Positions 49,496 through 60,258 of a stretch of 64,000 bases of DNA are shown here, in pieces. The DNA lies in contig CAVVYZ010000013.1 in NCBI GenBank assembly GCA_963752595.1, positions 96,001 to 160,000 of the forward strand. Direction: 5' to 3'. Under the pieces are notes generated by a model. The model did no database searches. It was given only the letters and a program-made list of their open reading frames with translations, and had not been told where the DNA came from. The translations under genes and the position numbers were made by a program. The DNA is from an uncultured delta proteobacterium (GTDB lineage Bacteria > Desulfobacterota > Desulfomonilia > UBA1062). Numbering within the stretch: the first letter of the stretch is position 1; every line of letters starts with the position of its first letter.

Positions 49496-49582
49496 TGGTG
49501 CCGAAGCCGGGATTTGAACCCGGACGGGCGTAGCCCACTACCCCCTCAAGATAGCGTGTCTGCCAAATTCCACCACTTCGGC
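49496..49582 (-). tRNA. tRNA-Leu(GAG)
   Basis: GCCGAAGTGGTGGAATTTGGCAGACACG-CTATC TT GAG GG GGTAG, long variable arm, GGGTTCAAATCCC, CTTCGGC-ACCA. Confidence 0.96.
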
Positions 49583-49597
49583 GTAAGTCCGGTTTTG

Positions 49598-49626
49598 TTA
49601 ATAACAACCAAAGCCACCACTGTCAA
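49598..49626 (-). promoter_or_regulatory. Sigma70 promoter for tRNA-Leu/rpmB
   Basis: TTGACA-17 nt-TATTAA on the minus strand. Confidence 0.6.
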
Positions 49627-49850
49627 TATGGAAAATCAGGTGGGAATAACTGTACAATCGTCTTAAGGCTTGATCAGAAATTGACATTTTTACCATGACT
49701 CAAAGTTGATATGTTCTGCCGTCAAAGTCTGTTCAGCTCGTCTCCCGGCATCATCAGAGACTGTATCCATGCACTTTTTACATTAGCCGGATTTGACTCT
49801 TCAACCTCATGGATTATTAAAGATCTTGTTGTAATAAAATAAGTAATTAC

Positions 49851-49888
49851 TTGACAGATAGGATACTAATAGGAATGATTATCATTAA
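49851..49888 (+). promoter_or_regulatory. Promoter with Fur/PerR-type box
   Basis: TTGACA at 49851; inverted repeat AATGAT-T-ATCATT (49874-49886) over the -10 region, upstream of the oxidative-stress cluster. Confidence 0.65.
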
Positions 49889-49910
49889 CAAATAAGTGGA
49901 GGATATGGGC

Positions 49911-50291
49911 ATGACGAAAAGCCTTGAGATTTACAAGTGCGAAGTATGTGGAAACATCGTTGAGGTAATTCATGAGGGCAAGGGTGAACTGGTCTGCTGC
50001 GGACAGCCCATGAAGCTTATTACGGAAAATACCGTTGATGCAGAAAAAGAGAAGCACGTGCCGGTCATGGAAAAAATATCTGACGGGTATCGTGTAAAGG
50101 TTGGGAGCGTGACACATCCCATGGAAGAAAAGCACTACATCGAGTGGATCGAGCTCATCGCCGACGGCACGACATACCGCAGGTTCCTCAAGCCGGGAGA
50201 AGCTCCCGAAGCGTTTTTCTGCATCACTGCAAGCCGGGTAACGGCACGGGAATACTGCAACCTCCACGGCCTCTGGAAGGCAGACCAGTAA
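49911..50291 (+). CDS. dfx: Desulfoferrodoxin (superoxide reductase)
   Basis: YKCEVCGN...LVCCGQPM; EKHVP; [12 protein letters not shown]; YCNLHG. Confidence 0.96.
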   Translation: MTKSLEIYKCEVCGNIVEVIHEGKGELVCCGQPMKLITENTVDAEKEKHVPVMEKISDGYRVKVGSVTHPMEEKHYIEWIELIADGTTYRRFLKPGEAPEAFFCITASRVTAREYCNLHGLWKADQ

Positions 50292-50322
50292 GGAAAAGAA
50301 GGTAAAATACAAGGAGAGTGCC

Positions 50323-50838
50323 ATGATCAATAAAAAGGTCGAAACAGCAATCAATAAACAGATAAATGCCGAGATCTATTCAGCATATCTGTACCTTTCC
50401 ATGAACGCCTATTTCAATTCCGTCAACCTCATAGGGTTTGCAAACTGGATGCGTATTCAGGCCCTTGAGGAGCTGACCCATGCGGACAAGTTCTACAATT
50501 TCATCGTCAGCAGGGGCGGCAGGATCAAGCTTGAAGCGGTTGCAGGCCCGCCGGCGCAGTGGAAATCGGCGCTGGCTGCTTTCGAGGATGCACTGAAGCA
50601 TGAGCAGAAGGTTACCGGGCTTATCAATGATCTCGTCGATCTTTCTCTCAAAGAGAAGGACCACGCGACAAACAGCATGCTGAAATGGTTTGTCGATGAG
50701 CAGGTCGAAGAAGAATCCAATGCCGAAAACATCATCCAGCAGCTCAAACTCATGGGCGAGAGCGGCCACGGGCTGCATATGCTCGACCGGGAACTCGCCC
50801 AGCGTGTTTTTGTCCCTCCTGTTCAGGCGCAACCATGA
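50323..50838 (+). CDS. ftn: Non-heme ferritin
   Basis: QINAEIYSAYLYLSM, EELTHA, HEQKVT, WFVDEQVEEE, LDREL. Confidence 0.95.
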   Translation: MINKKVETAINKQINAEIYSAYLYLSMNAYFNSVNLIGFANWMRIQALEELTHADKFYNFIVSRGGRIKLEAVAGPPAQWKSALAAFEDALKHEQKVTGLINDLVDLSLKEKDHATNSMLKWFVDEQVEEESNAENIIQQLKLMGESGHGLHMLDRELAQRVFVPPVQAQP

Positions 50839-50878
50839 CATAATAGGATAAAAATATTAAATAAGGGAGATCGCGACC

Positions 50879-51367
50879 ATGAAATTATATTTCAATGCAG
50901 ACGAAATATTTGAGATGGCAGAAGAGATCGAGAGGCAGGGTGCCCGTTTCTACCAGAAAGCCGCTTCCTTGTTCAATGAGCCGGAAATAAAGGAAATGCT
51001 TTCCGGTCTGGCATCCATGGAGATCGGACATGAGGAGGCGTTCGCAGGAATGCGCTCCAAGATCCTGAGCGACACCTATAAAGGGTACGACCCCGATGAG
51101 CTGGCAGCTTCGTACATCAGGGCCTTTACCGACGGAAAGGTCTTTGATCTCAAAAAGAATAAGGCTGATCTGATATCCGATAAATCCGCACTGGACGACA
51201 TCCTGAAGATGGCAATCGATGCAGAGAAGAACTCGATCGTATTTTATACGGGCATCAAGAAGGCGGTGCCTGAGCTTCTGGGTAAGGATACCATCGACCA
51301 GATCATTGCCGAAGAAGTGAAACATATTGTCATGCTCGTGGAGAAACTGGGGAATCTATCCTTATAG
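50879..51367 (+). CDS. Rubrerythrin-like ferritin-fold protein
   Basis: MAEEIERQGARFY...MEIGH...AEKNSIVFY...EEVKH. Confidence 0.88.
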   Translation: MKLYFNADEIFEMAEEIERQGARFYQKAASLFNEPEIKEMLSGLASMEIGHEEAFAGMRSKILSDTYKGYDPDELAASYIRAFTDGKVFDLKKNKADLISDKSALDDILKMAIDAEKNSIVFYTGIKKAVPELLGKDTIDQIIAEEVKHIVMLVEKLGNLSL

Positions 51368-51376
51368 GGGGGTTGC

Positions 51377-52579
51377 ATGCCTGTCTTCAAACCGATAAAA
51401 TTGACCGACCATGTTTACTGGGTGGGCGCCATAGACTGGACGATCAGGGATTTTCACGGTTACACGACCAAACGCGGGAGTACCTACAACGCCTACCTCA
51501 TCCTGGCGGATAAGATCACCCTCGTGGATACGGTCAAAGCGCCCTTCAAGGAATGAGATGATGGCCCGGATGGCATCCCTGGTCGACCCCAAACGCATCG
51601 ATTATATCGTATCGAACCACTCCGAAATGGATCACTCCGGATGCCTTGCCAGAAGTCATCGATGAGGTCCGGCCGGAAAAGGTCTTTGCCTCCGCCATGG
51701 GCGCCAAGGCGCTGAAGGAGCATTTCAGAATCGACCGGGAAATCGTGCCGGTCAAGGACGGCGACGGAGCTCAGTCTCGGCAACCTCACCCTGTCCTTTA
51801 CGGAAACCCGGATGCTCCACTGGCCGGACAGCATGTTCAGCTATCTCAAGGAGGAAAAGCTCCTCTTCTCCCAGGATGCCTTCGGGATGCACCTTGCATC
51901 GTCGGAGAGGTTTGCCGACGAGGTGGACGAGTCGATCCTCGATTACGAAGCGGCAACCTACTATGCCAATATTCTCCTGCCCTACTCGCAGCTCATCATC
52001 AGTCTCCTGGATAAGGTGGAAAAGGCGGGCATTCCCATCGATATCATCGCCCCTGACCACGGACCGATATGGCGCAAGGACTTGGGCAGGATCCTTTCCG
52101 GTACCGGAAGTGGGCCCTGCAGAAGCCTGGAAACAAGGCGGTCGTCCTCTATCACACCATGTGGCACAGCACCGAGCTCATGGCGAGGGCCATCGAGGAA
52201 GGCCTGAGAGAAGGGGGGCACCGCGACAAAGGTCATGTCCATGGGCTCGTTTCACCGGAGCGATGCAGCCTACGAGGTCCTCGACGCAGGAGCGCTCGTT
52301 GCCGGGTCATCAACACTCAACAATAACATGCTTCCCGCCATGGCGGATGTCCTGACCTACCTGAAAGGTCTGAAGCCGAAGAATCTGATCGGCGCGGCAT
52401 TCGGGTCCTACGGCTGGAGCGGGGAAGCAGCCTCGCATATCAGGGATATCCTTGCAGAGATGAAGGTAGACCTTGTTGCGGAGCCGGTAAAAGCGAAGTA
52501 TGTGCCGGATGAGGAGATTCTGAAGGCATGCTTTGAACTGGGGAAGACCATTTCGGCCAAGCTTAAAGAGATTGCGTAA
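51377..52579 (+). CDS. fprA: Flavodiiron protein (FprA/ROO), frameshifted
   Basis: [70 protein letters not shown], spread across several frames. Confidence 0.92.
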
Positions 52580-52617
52580 GGAATCAGAGTAATTTAAAAA
52601 ACCATGTGGAGGAACGA

Positions 52618-52779
52618 ATGCAGAAATACGTGTGTCAGGTGTGCGGCTATATCTATGATCCCGAGGAGGGAGACCCCGAGGGCGACATCGCTGCAGGAAC
52701 CCCGTTCGATAAATTACCGGATGACTGGGCCTGCCCGGTGTGCGGCGCTTCGAAGGATGAATTCTCCCCTGAGGCGTGA
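52618..52779 (+). CDS. Rubredoxin
   Basis: [20 protein letters not shown]...[23 protein letters not shown]; 53 aa, missed by the ORF track. Confidence 0.97.
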   Translation: MQKYVCQVCGYIYDPEEGDPEGDIAAGTPFDKLPDDWACPVCGASKDEFSPEA

Positions 52780-52916
52780 TCTCCTGATCCTGTCGCAATG
52801 GCGGGCTTCCAGAGGATCGATCATTGAAAAGAGAAAAAGGTAACGATTTGCAGGAACGGCTTGAAAGTGTGAAAACGAGAAAGGAATTGCAGAGGGAACG
52901 GATACCTTCCCCCGGC

Positions 52917-53708
52917 ATGAGGGTATTCATTCAAGAGATCTACGAGAGATACCACCGTGCCGAATTCATCTCTCCCGATCCCCTGGAGGTGCTCTATTTT
53001 TATGAGGACCCTCTCGATCGCGAGGTCGTAGGCCTGATCGCCTCTTCACTTGCCTATGGAAGGGTTCCGCAGATACTCAAGAGCGTGGGAAACGTATTGA
53101 AAGCGATGGGTCCGTCTCCGAGGGGGTTTCTCGAAGATGCCTCCGAAGCCTCTTTGAGGGAGGCATTCCGCGGATTCAAGCATAGGTTTACGACGGACGC
53201 CGAGCTTGTGGATCTCCTCCTCGGCATTCAGGGTGCTGTCCGGAAATATGGATCGCTCCAGGCATGCTTTCTCGCGGGGTTTAACCTTAATGATGAGACC
53301 GTCCTGCCGGCGCTGTCTGGCTTTGTCCGGGAGATAGGGAAGAGAAGCGGCCGCGAGTACACCAGCCTCGTCTCGATACCGGAGAAGAAGAGCGCATGCA
53401 AAAGGCTCAATCTTTTTCTCCGATGGATGGTCAGGTCGGATGAAATCGACCCCGGATGCTGGACAGGCGTTTCTCCGGCAAAGCTGATCATACCCCTCGA
53501 TACCCACATGTTCCGTATCTGCACAGGGCTGGGCATGACTTCGAGATCACAGGCCGACATGAGGACCGCCCAGGAGATTACGGCATGGTTTCGAAAGATC
53601 AATGGAAAAGATCCCGTGCGGTATGACTTTTCGCTGACCAGGCTGGGTATACGCAAGGTCGGAGGATTGTCAAGTGTGTTGAAAAAATACACAGGTCCTT
53701 TGGTATGA
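52917..53708 (+). CDS. TIGR02757/DUF2400 family protein
   Basis: FISPDPL, ASSLAYGRV, SACKRLNLFLRWMVR, IPLDTH, DPVRYDFSL. Start uncertain (52824-52917). Confidence 0.88.
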   Translation: MRVFIQEIYERYHRAEFISPDPLEVLYFYEDPLDREVVGLIASSLAYGRVPQILKSVGNVLKAMGPSPRGFLEDASEASLREAFRGFKHRFTTDAELVDLLLGIQGAVRKYGSLQACFLAGFNLNDETVLPALSGFVREIGKRSGREYTSLVSIPEKKSACKRLNLFLRWMVRSDEIDPGCWTGVSPAKLIIPLDTHMFRICTGLGMTSRSQADMRTAQEITAWFRKINGKDPVRYDFSLTRLGIRKVGGLSSVLKKYTGPLV

Positions 53709-53730
53709 GGCCGGAGGAGAGGAGGGTGAT

Positions 53731-54228
53731 ATGGATGACAGAGTGCGTGAAGCCATGTTTCAGGCCTATACAGGTGAATCCAAAGCGAGCCTGAGATTGA
53801 AAGTCTATGCGGATAAGGCTCAGCAGGAAGGGTATCCCCAGCTGGCAAAGCTCTTTCAAGTGATCTCGTTTTCAGAGGAGCTTCATGGCAAGAGGGCTTT
53901 GAGGCTGCTCAAGGAGATTAAGAGCACGGAAGAAAACCTTGCAGCCAGCTTCGAGTCCGAAACAAAAGTCGCGGGCGTAGCCTACGATCAGTTCATCAAG
54001 TATGCTGAAGAAACCGGTGACAGGGCTTCGTCGCTCTATTTCAGCCAATCCAAGGATGTAGAGGAAATCCATGCCAAATTATATAAGGAGGCGATGGACC
54101 ACGTCCTGGAAGAGAGAGAGACTACCTATTTCGTCTGTGATGTCTGCGGTTTCGTATCAGACGGCGTTCTCCCTGATGAGTGTCCGGTCTGTGCTGCGAA
54201 AAAAGAACGGTTCGTCGCATTCGAATAG
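53731..54228 (+). CDS. rbr: Rubrerythrin
   Basis: AYTGESKA, EELH, EEIHA, C-terminal CDVCG...CPVC. Confidence 0.93.
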   Translation: MDDRVREAMFQAYTGESKASLRLKVYADKAQQEGYPQLAKLFQVISFSEELHGKRALRLLKEIKSTEENLAASFESETKVAGVAYDQFIKYAEETGDRASSLYFSQSKDVEEIHAKLYKEAMDHVLEERETTYFVCDVCGFVSDGVLPDECPVCAAKKERFVAFE

Positions 54229-54332
54229 GGTCGTGAAGGAATCGAAAGGCGGGACCGAAACAAGGGAATATTCTCAACGAATGGTACATGGCTTTCGAAG
54301 ATAATACAAAGGTGTGAGGCGTTCCTTTGTCT

Positions 54333-54506
54333 TTAAAATTCAGTGATCAAGGATTCGCTCTGATCGGACACCAGACTGCGGGCAGGACGCCCCAGGATAT
54401 CCGACCAATAGGCCTCGTATTCGCGGCAGCCCTTTTTCAGGCCGCCTAGTGTCTTGATGCCGAGTCGTGCAAGCTGTTCCAAGATCTCTCTTCTTGTCAG
54501 CGACAT
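54333..54506 (-). CDS. Small hypothetical protein (57 aa)
   Basis: RBS GAGG; MSLTRREILEQLARLGIKTLGGLKKGCREYEAYW... Confidence 0.5.
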   Translation of the reverse strand: MSLTRREILEQLARLGIKTLGGLKKGCREYEAYWSDILGRPARSLVSDQSESLITEF

Positions 54507-54639
54507 GATCTGCTACCTCGCGTTACGCCCTCATATCCAGTTCAATACAGTACTGACACATCTCTATATATCAAAAGAGGAGAACCCTGCCAAGGAAATA
54601 ATGAGTGTTCAATGTTGCTTCTCTTTCCGAAGGCCGCTG

Positions 54640-55929
54640 TCACTCTCTTTCCGGGGAGGAGGCCCATCTCCAGTGCAAAAGGTCCGACAGGAATCCGACC
54701 TGTCCATACTCCGGGCCTCGTTCATAGGAGAAGAGGAACGACAGGCAAAAGCGCGATTCTGCATTTTTTCTGCAATAGGAAACCGTATGCCACAGGATAT
54801 CCAGCTCCGATGATTCGGGAGTGTTTTTTCCATTGGCCAGGGTCAGCAGGGGGAGGTAGTTTTTCCTGAAGCCTTCATCATGAAAGGGAAAGACCCAGGG
54901 GAAATACCACAGTGAATGATCGGGAAATTTGTGTTTGTGCCACAAAGGCCACACGGTGAGGGATTCGGATTCGACCACCTCTTTTTTTATCGTTTTTGCT
55001 TTCGAACCCAAGATCAGGATACTCATGGTATCCTGCCGGATATTCGTACGGGAATCAAAGCTTGAAACGTGCCGGTAAAAAGGCCAGAGGATCGTCTGCA
55101 TCCGATAGGCATCCCCGTCGATCTTCGACCAGTAGAAGGGGAGGAACTCGCGTTCTTCATATGCGCCGGAGGCATAGCGTACAAGGGGCCACGGGAAGCT
55201 TACGCTCGTATGCTCAGGACTGGTGTTGCGGTTGTAGGTAAAGAACGGCCAGAGGATTGATATTCCCCGGTAGGTGTCGTTCCGGCTGTAATAGAAGAAG
55301 GGGAGGAACGCGTCTATGTTCTCGACCCCTCTCCTGTGGTGGATAAAGGGCCAGAGGACGTAGTCATGCCGGTAGTTGATGGTCTTTTCATAACCGTAGA
55401 GGGGGAAGATCTGGAATTCCCTGCCGCTCGAATACTTCAGGAACGGCCAGAGGATAGAGTAGGTCTCCTGGTCGTCATCGACGGTCTCGGTGTAGAGAGG
55501 CCAGAGGACGAAACGGATCCTGTCGTGGCCGAAGCGGTTCAGCAGGTTCCCGTAGAAAGGGAAAAACCCTCCATAAGTCTGATCATGGTATCTGCCGTAT
55601 GTGAAGAGCAGAAGGTCAAAGGTTTCTACATCTTTCTGATCCGAATGCTTGAACAGGGGAACGAAATATGAATTATTTGCTGTGCTCCGGCCAAGGGGAT
55701 AGAGGATGTCGGTTTGGGTATCGTCCCGGTAGAAAAGGGGTCGTACTGCCGTTGAGCCGGATGAAAACTCCAGGAGGGGGCCGGCGATCGAGAGGTCATA
55801 CTGCTGGTCGTCCGATTCGTAGCGTAAAAGGGGGGAGAAGTTGATATGTGCGGCACGCACACCGTCCGCGCCGGGAAAAGAAATCATCACGAGGCTGAGA
55901 GTCAGGAAGGCAATCAGCCGGTAACGCAT
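54640..55929 (-). CDS. Exported aromatic-rich protein with (I/V)LWP(F/L) repeats, probable outer-membrane protein
   Basis: Signal peptide MRYRLIAFLTLSLVMISFPG; many LWPF/FFPF/LLPL repeats. Confidence 0.75.
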   Translation of the reverse strand: MRYRLIAFLTLSLVMISFPGADGVRAAHINFSPLLRYESDDQQYDLSIAGPLLEFSSGSTAVRPLFYRDDTQTDILYPLGRSTANNSYFVPLFKHSDQKDVETFDLLLFTYGRYHDQTYGGFFPFYGNLLNRFGHDRIRFVLWPLYTETVDDDQETYSILWPFLKYSSGREFQIFPLYGYEKTINYRHDYVLWPFIHHRRGVENIDAFLPFFYYSRNDTYRGISILWPFFTYNRNTSPEHTSVSFPWPLVRYASGAYEEREFLPFYWSKIDGDAYRMQTILWPFYRHVSSFDSRTNIRQDTMSILILGSKAKTIKKEVVESESLTVWPLWHKHKFPDHSLWYFPWVFPFHDEGFRKNYLPLLTLANGKNTPESSELDILWHTVSYCRKNAESRFCLSFLFSYERGPEYGQVGFLSDLLHWRWASSPERE

Positions 55930-55936
55930 GTCTTGC

Positions 55937-56962
55937 TTACCAGATGAAGCCCAGGATCGTTCCCATGACCGTGATGGGCACCTGTTCGTTGAGACCCTGT
56001 GCGGCAAGGTTCGCATTCCGGACCGCTTCGTTGAGATTCACATACAGCTCATCGTCCGAAAGTATCCGGCCCAGGGTGCCTTTCCCGGTTGCGAGGTTAT
56101 CGGTAATGATCTTGATGTTCTCGGAAACGGTTACTAGGTTGTTGTAGAGAGTCGGGTCGCTTAGGAGCATGCTCAATGATCCGTCTTCCTCTATATTCGA
56201 GGAGAGCTTCTGGAGCGATTCCAGCGAGCTCTGGAGCGAAATGTAGAGGCTGTCGTCATACACCAGTTTTCCGATCGTGCCGTTGCCCGATTTGACCGTG
56301 CCCATGATATCGTTTAAATCCCGGGATGTACCGGTAAAATTCTCGGAAATATCTACCAGGGCAACGCTCACATCTTTCATGCTCGTTATGATTGTCGAGA
56401 TGTCTTCTTTGTTTTCGGCTATTAAGCTCGCAGAGTCTTCACTGAGCTGCTGGAAGTTGCTCAATATCGCGTGCAGCCTTTCTTCATCTCCGAGGGTGTT
56501 GTTCAAGGCTCCGGTCAGCTCTGTCAGATTGCTTGCGATCTGACCGATCTGTTCGAGGAGGCTGTCCAGGGAAGGGGGAACGGAGGTACGGGCAAGGTTG
56601 CCTTCGGGTTCGATCGTATTCTTGGAAGTGCCCGGCTTTATGATGATGACCTTATCTCCAAGCACGCCTTTTGTGGCGATCGATGCCGTGCTGTCGATGG
56701 GGATCCTGATATCCTCGTCGACTGCCGCCGTTACTACCGCCGAATAATCTTTATTCAGGGATATCCCCTTTACGCTCCCGACCTGAACTCCTGCCAGTTC
56801 GAGCTGAGAGCCTATTTTCAGTCCCTCGACCGTTGAGAAAACCATGGTGATGTTGTACGTTGCTTTCTTCCCGAATTGCAGCTCACCTATCTGGAAAGCC
56901 AAAACGATAAAGGTAACGATGATGGCTACGACAAAGATGCCCACCTTGACTTCATTATTCAT
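55937..56962 (-). CDS. MlaD/MCE family protein with long helical tail
   Basis: EVKVGIFV TM; GLKIGSQLELAGVQVGSV; GVLGDKVI; repeated GTIGKLVYDDSLY. Confidence 0.9.
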   Translation of the reverse strand: MNNEVKVGIFVVAIIVTFIVLAFQIGELQFGKKATYNITMVFSTVEGLKIGSQLELAGVQVGSVKGISLNKDYSAVVTAAVDEDIRIPIDSTASIATKGVLGDKVIIIKPGTSKNTIEPEGNLARTSVPPSLDSLLEQIGQIASNLTELTGALNNTLGDEERLHAILSNFQQLSEDSASLIAENKEDISTIITSMKDVSVALVDISENFTGTSRDLNDIMGTVKSGNGTIGKLVYDDSLYISLQSSLESLQKLSSNIEEDGSLSMLLSDPTLYNNLVTVSENIKIITDNLATGKGTLGRILSDDELYVNLNEAVRNANLAAQGLNEQVPITVMGTILGFIW

Positions 56963-56989
56963 AGACACCCCGTACTCCGGCACATCAAG

Positions 56990-58552
56990 TTATTTGAGCA
57001 GCTCATGTATCTTCTCTTTCAGTTCATCGCGCGGCTTCGTACTCAACGCAGAAGACTTGAGATAATAATCGAGGGCCTTCTTGTTTTTCCCCATGCTTTT
57101 CAGAATATCTCCCATGTGTTCATGGATGGTAGGATCCGTATCGAGTTTTTCAACGGCTTTCTTAACGTATTCATATGCCTTCTGCAGCTTTCCCTGCCTG
57201 TAGAGAACCCAGGCCATGGAATCGAGGATATAAGGATCATCGGGCCGTGCTTTCAGTGCCTCTTTGATCATCTTATATGCCTTGTCCAGCTTTATTCCCT
57301 GGTCTGCCAGGACGTATCCGACCAGATTGAGTGCAACCGGGTCATGGGGATTGCTCGAAAGGAGCTTGTTGGCGATATCAAGTCCTTCATCCCTCCTCCC
57401 CACGGTGTCCAGCTCGGTGGCAAGCTGATATCCCACCTCGTTGCAGGCGGTTTTCGGTGAGAAATAATCCCATGCGGAAAGCAGCTCGTTGATGGCCTCT
57501 TCCTGTCTGCCGAGCTCTTTTAAGATGGATGACCTCAGCATCGCAGTTTCGCATCCGAACCTGCTGGTGACAGGAACTTCGGAAAGTGCATCCAGCGCAT
57601 CTTCAAACCTGTTGAGCTTGGTATAGGTAATGGCGAGATAATACGAGTCTTCGATCGTCGGTTCCTTGATGGCGGCAAGGTTGGCCAGGGCATCTTCATA
57701 GTTGGCTTCCTGAAGATTGAGCAGTACGAGCTTTCGCACGATCTGAACGTCGTCATTGAGCTGCTTGAGCTTTATGAGCTGTTCGATGGCGTCTTTATAC
57801 CTGTTCGTCGAGATGTAGAGGTCGGTAAGCGCGATGAGGGCTTCCAGCGAATACGGTTCGAGCTCAAGGTACTTTTTATAGGTAGCTTCTGCCTGCTTCG
57901 TCTCTTTCGACAGCTCATAGGTCTTACCCAGGTCGAGGTAAGCAGGGGCGAATTTCGGATTCTGTTCGATAACCTTTTTCAAGGCTTCTTTGGCACAGAC
58001 GTAATCTTTACTCCCCTGGCAGGCCTTGGAAAGGGTATACAGGATCATGCCGTCATCCCCGTTCTTTAAGAGGCCGCGAAGGAGTTTTTCCGCACCCTTG
58101 AAATCGGATACGATGATCTTGAGATTGGCAAGGAACAGCTTGAGCTGGCCATTGTCAGGGTATTTTTCCGCGAGGACCTCGGTGTCCTTGATTGCCTGCT
58201 GCCAGTCGCCTTTGCGGGCATAGATCTTGGTTCTGAGTTCAAGCGCCTCATCGACATGGGAACCTGTTTCGATGAGCCCATCGACAAATTTTAAAGCATT
58301 GTCCGGCTGATTGAGGATAAAGTAGATCCTTGCCTGGGCCAGCAAGGCAAAGGGATCTTTGATCTTCGCGTAGAGATCCAGCGCCGTGCTCCAGTTTCCC
58401 TGATTCTCCTCATACCGTGCAAGGAGAAGCTGGAGATACGGGTTGTCCGTCTGGCCGGGTGAAACAGCAGCTTTATCGGGAGAGACGTGTGCGCATCCGA
58501 CAATGCTGAAACAAAAGGCAGCAGCAACGATCAGGTTAATGAATCTGGGCAT
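56990..58552 (-). CDS. TPR-repeat lipoprotein
   Basis: Lipobox IVG-C; multiple TPRs; ALNLVGY..AD...PDDPYILDSMAWVLY...DPTIHEHMGD. Confidence 0.9.
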   Translation of the reverse strand: MPRFINLIVAAAFCFSIVGCAHVSPDKAAVSPGQTDNPYLQLLLARYEENQGNWSTALDLYAKIKDPFALLAQARIYFILNQPDNALKFVDGLIETGSHVDEALELRTKIYARKGDWQQAIKDTEVLAEKYPDNGQLKLFLANLKIIVSDFKGAEKLLRGLLKNGDDGMILYTLSKACQGSKDYVCAKEALKKVIEQNPKFAPAYLDLGKTYELSKETKQAEATYKKYLELEPYSLEALIALTDLYISTNRYKDAIEQLIKLKQLNDDVQIVRKLVLLNLQEANYEDALANLAAIKEPTIEDSYYLAITYTKLNRFEDALDALSEVPVTSRFGCETAMLRSSILKELGRQEEAINELLSAWDYFSPKTACNEVGYQLATELDTVGRRDEGLDIANKLLSSNPHDPVALNLVGYVLADQGIKLDKAYKMIKEALKARPDDPYILDSMAWVLYRQGKLQKAYEYVKKAVEKLDTDPTIHEHMGDILKSMGKNKKALDYYLKSSALSTKPRDELKEKIHELLK

Positions 58553-59191
58553 TTGCAATCTCGAACATCTCCTTGATAGTATTTTCCGGAGAGCTGCTGT
58601 TGAATATGCTCGACCCGGCAACGACCACCCCGACCCCCTTGCGTAAGACCAACCCGAGATTATCCTTTCCTATTCCGCCGTCGATCTGGATGAGGATATC
58701 CTTACCCGATACGAGCTTGGCCGCCTTTTCGATCTTGGGGAGTACGGCATCGATGAATTTCTGTCCGCCGAACCCCGGGTTGACGCTCATGATCAATACG
58801 AGGCCGGCAGCATCCAGACAGTACTCTATGGTGTCCAGAGGGGTTGCGGGGTTCAGGGACACGCCCGGAGTGCATCCCAGCTCTCGTATCCGCGTGAGGG
58901 TCCGGTGAAGGTGGGTGCATGCCTCCACATGGACGGTGATCCCGTTTGCCCCTGCTTCGGCGAATGCCTCGAGGTATCTGTCAGGGTCTGAAATCATCAG
59001 GTGGCAGTCAAGGTATGCTGTGGTAACGGCCCTGAGTGCCGTACCACAAGGGGGCCTATCGTGATGTTGGGCACGAAACAGCCGTCCATGACATCCACAT
59101 GGATCCATTGTGCCCCGGCCGATACGACCTTTCCGATCTCTGCTCCGAGGCGGGAAAAATCAGCTGACAGTATTGACGGCGCAAGGATCAT
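58536..59191 (-). CDS. rpe: Ribulose-phosphate 3-epimerase (frameshifted)
   Basis: [45 protein letters not shown]. Confidence 0.93.
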
Positions 59192-59316
59192 CTTTGCATT
59201 TCCCTTTATTTTCACCTTTTCGATCTCTGATAATTCGATCAACCTGATATTTTCTCTCTCTTCCTACCACGTATCCTTCAAGATTGCTGCACATATTTTG
59301 CCCGATATTACCGGCC

Positions 59317-60258
59317 TTACATCCTGCCCAGCATCATTTCCCTCGCGTGGAGCCCGACGGAAAATGCATGGCCGTCCATTGCCTTCTTCCCTTCGAGCTG
59401 CAGATTTTCAGGGACGATGAATCCCCCGGAGCAGGCAATCTTCAGGCCCTGTCCCGTCTTTGAGCATTGTCCCGACGGGCCGTGCTCATGAGTGCCGAGC
59501 TAATATCTGCTGCGCAGGATTTTTAATATCTTTGCCTCCAGGTACGTATACGCACACGGCCAGGGAACAAGCCCCCGGACCATGTTATGGATTGTCTTCG
59601 GATCCTTTCCCCAGTCGATCTCTCCTTCTTCCTTTGCGAGCATGGGGGCGTAGGTGGCTTCCTCGTGCCGTCTGAGGCACAGCCTTGATATTGCCCTGCC
59701 CGAGAAGCTTCAGTGTCTCAAGGAGTTTTTCGGCCCCGAGTTCGCTCAGTCTGTGAGACAGGCTTATCGCATCATCTTCATCCGTGATCGGGGCTTTAGC
59801 TTCGAGGAAGACAGGCCCTGAATCCATGCCGGAATCGATCTGCATGATGCTCACGCCGGTGATGGTGCATCCTTCTATGATCGCCCGGTTGATCGGGGCT
59901 GCGCCCCTGAAGCGTGGGAGCAGCGATGCATGGACGTTGACGAAGCCGTGCTTCGGGAGGCCCAGCATCCTGTCAGGAATCATCTTCCCGTATGCGACAA
60001 CGATGACCGCATCTAGGTCTTCCTTTTTTGACGGCCTCGAGAATTTCAGGATTTCCTTTGAGCTTCTGGGGCTGGAGCACCGGGATGCCATGCTCCAGTG
60101 CAAGAAACTTGACCGGGGGCATCTGGAGCTGCACGGCCTCTTCCTTTAGGTTTGTCCGGCTGGGTGATGACTATTGACACCTCATGGGCCTTTTCAAGGA
60201 TCAATGCCTTGAGGGTCGGCAGGGCAAACTCCGGAGTGCCCATGAAGGCCAGTCTCAT
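59317..60258 (-). CDS. fmt: Methionyl-tRNA formyltransferase (multiple frameshifts; end approximate)
   Basis: [44 protein letters not shown]. Confidence 0.92.

Noticed and set aside
49496-49582. tRNA-Leu as an island integration site
   Set aside because: No duplicated tRNA 3' end or integrase seen; flanked by housekeeping genes.
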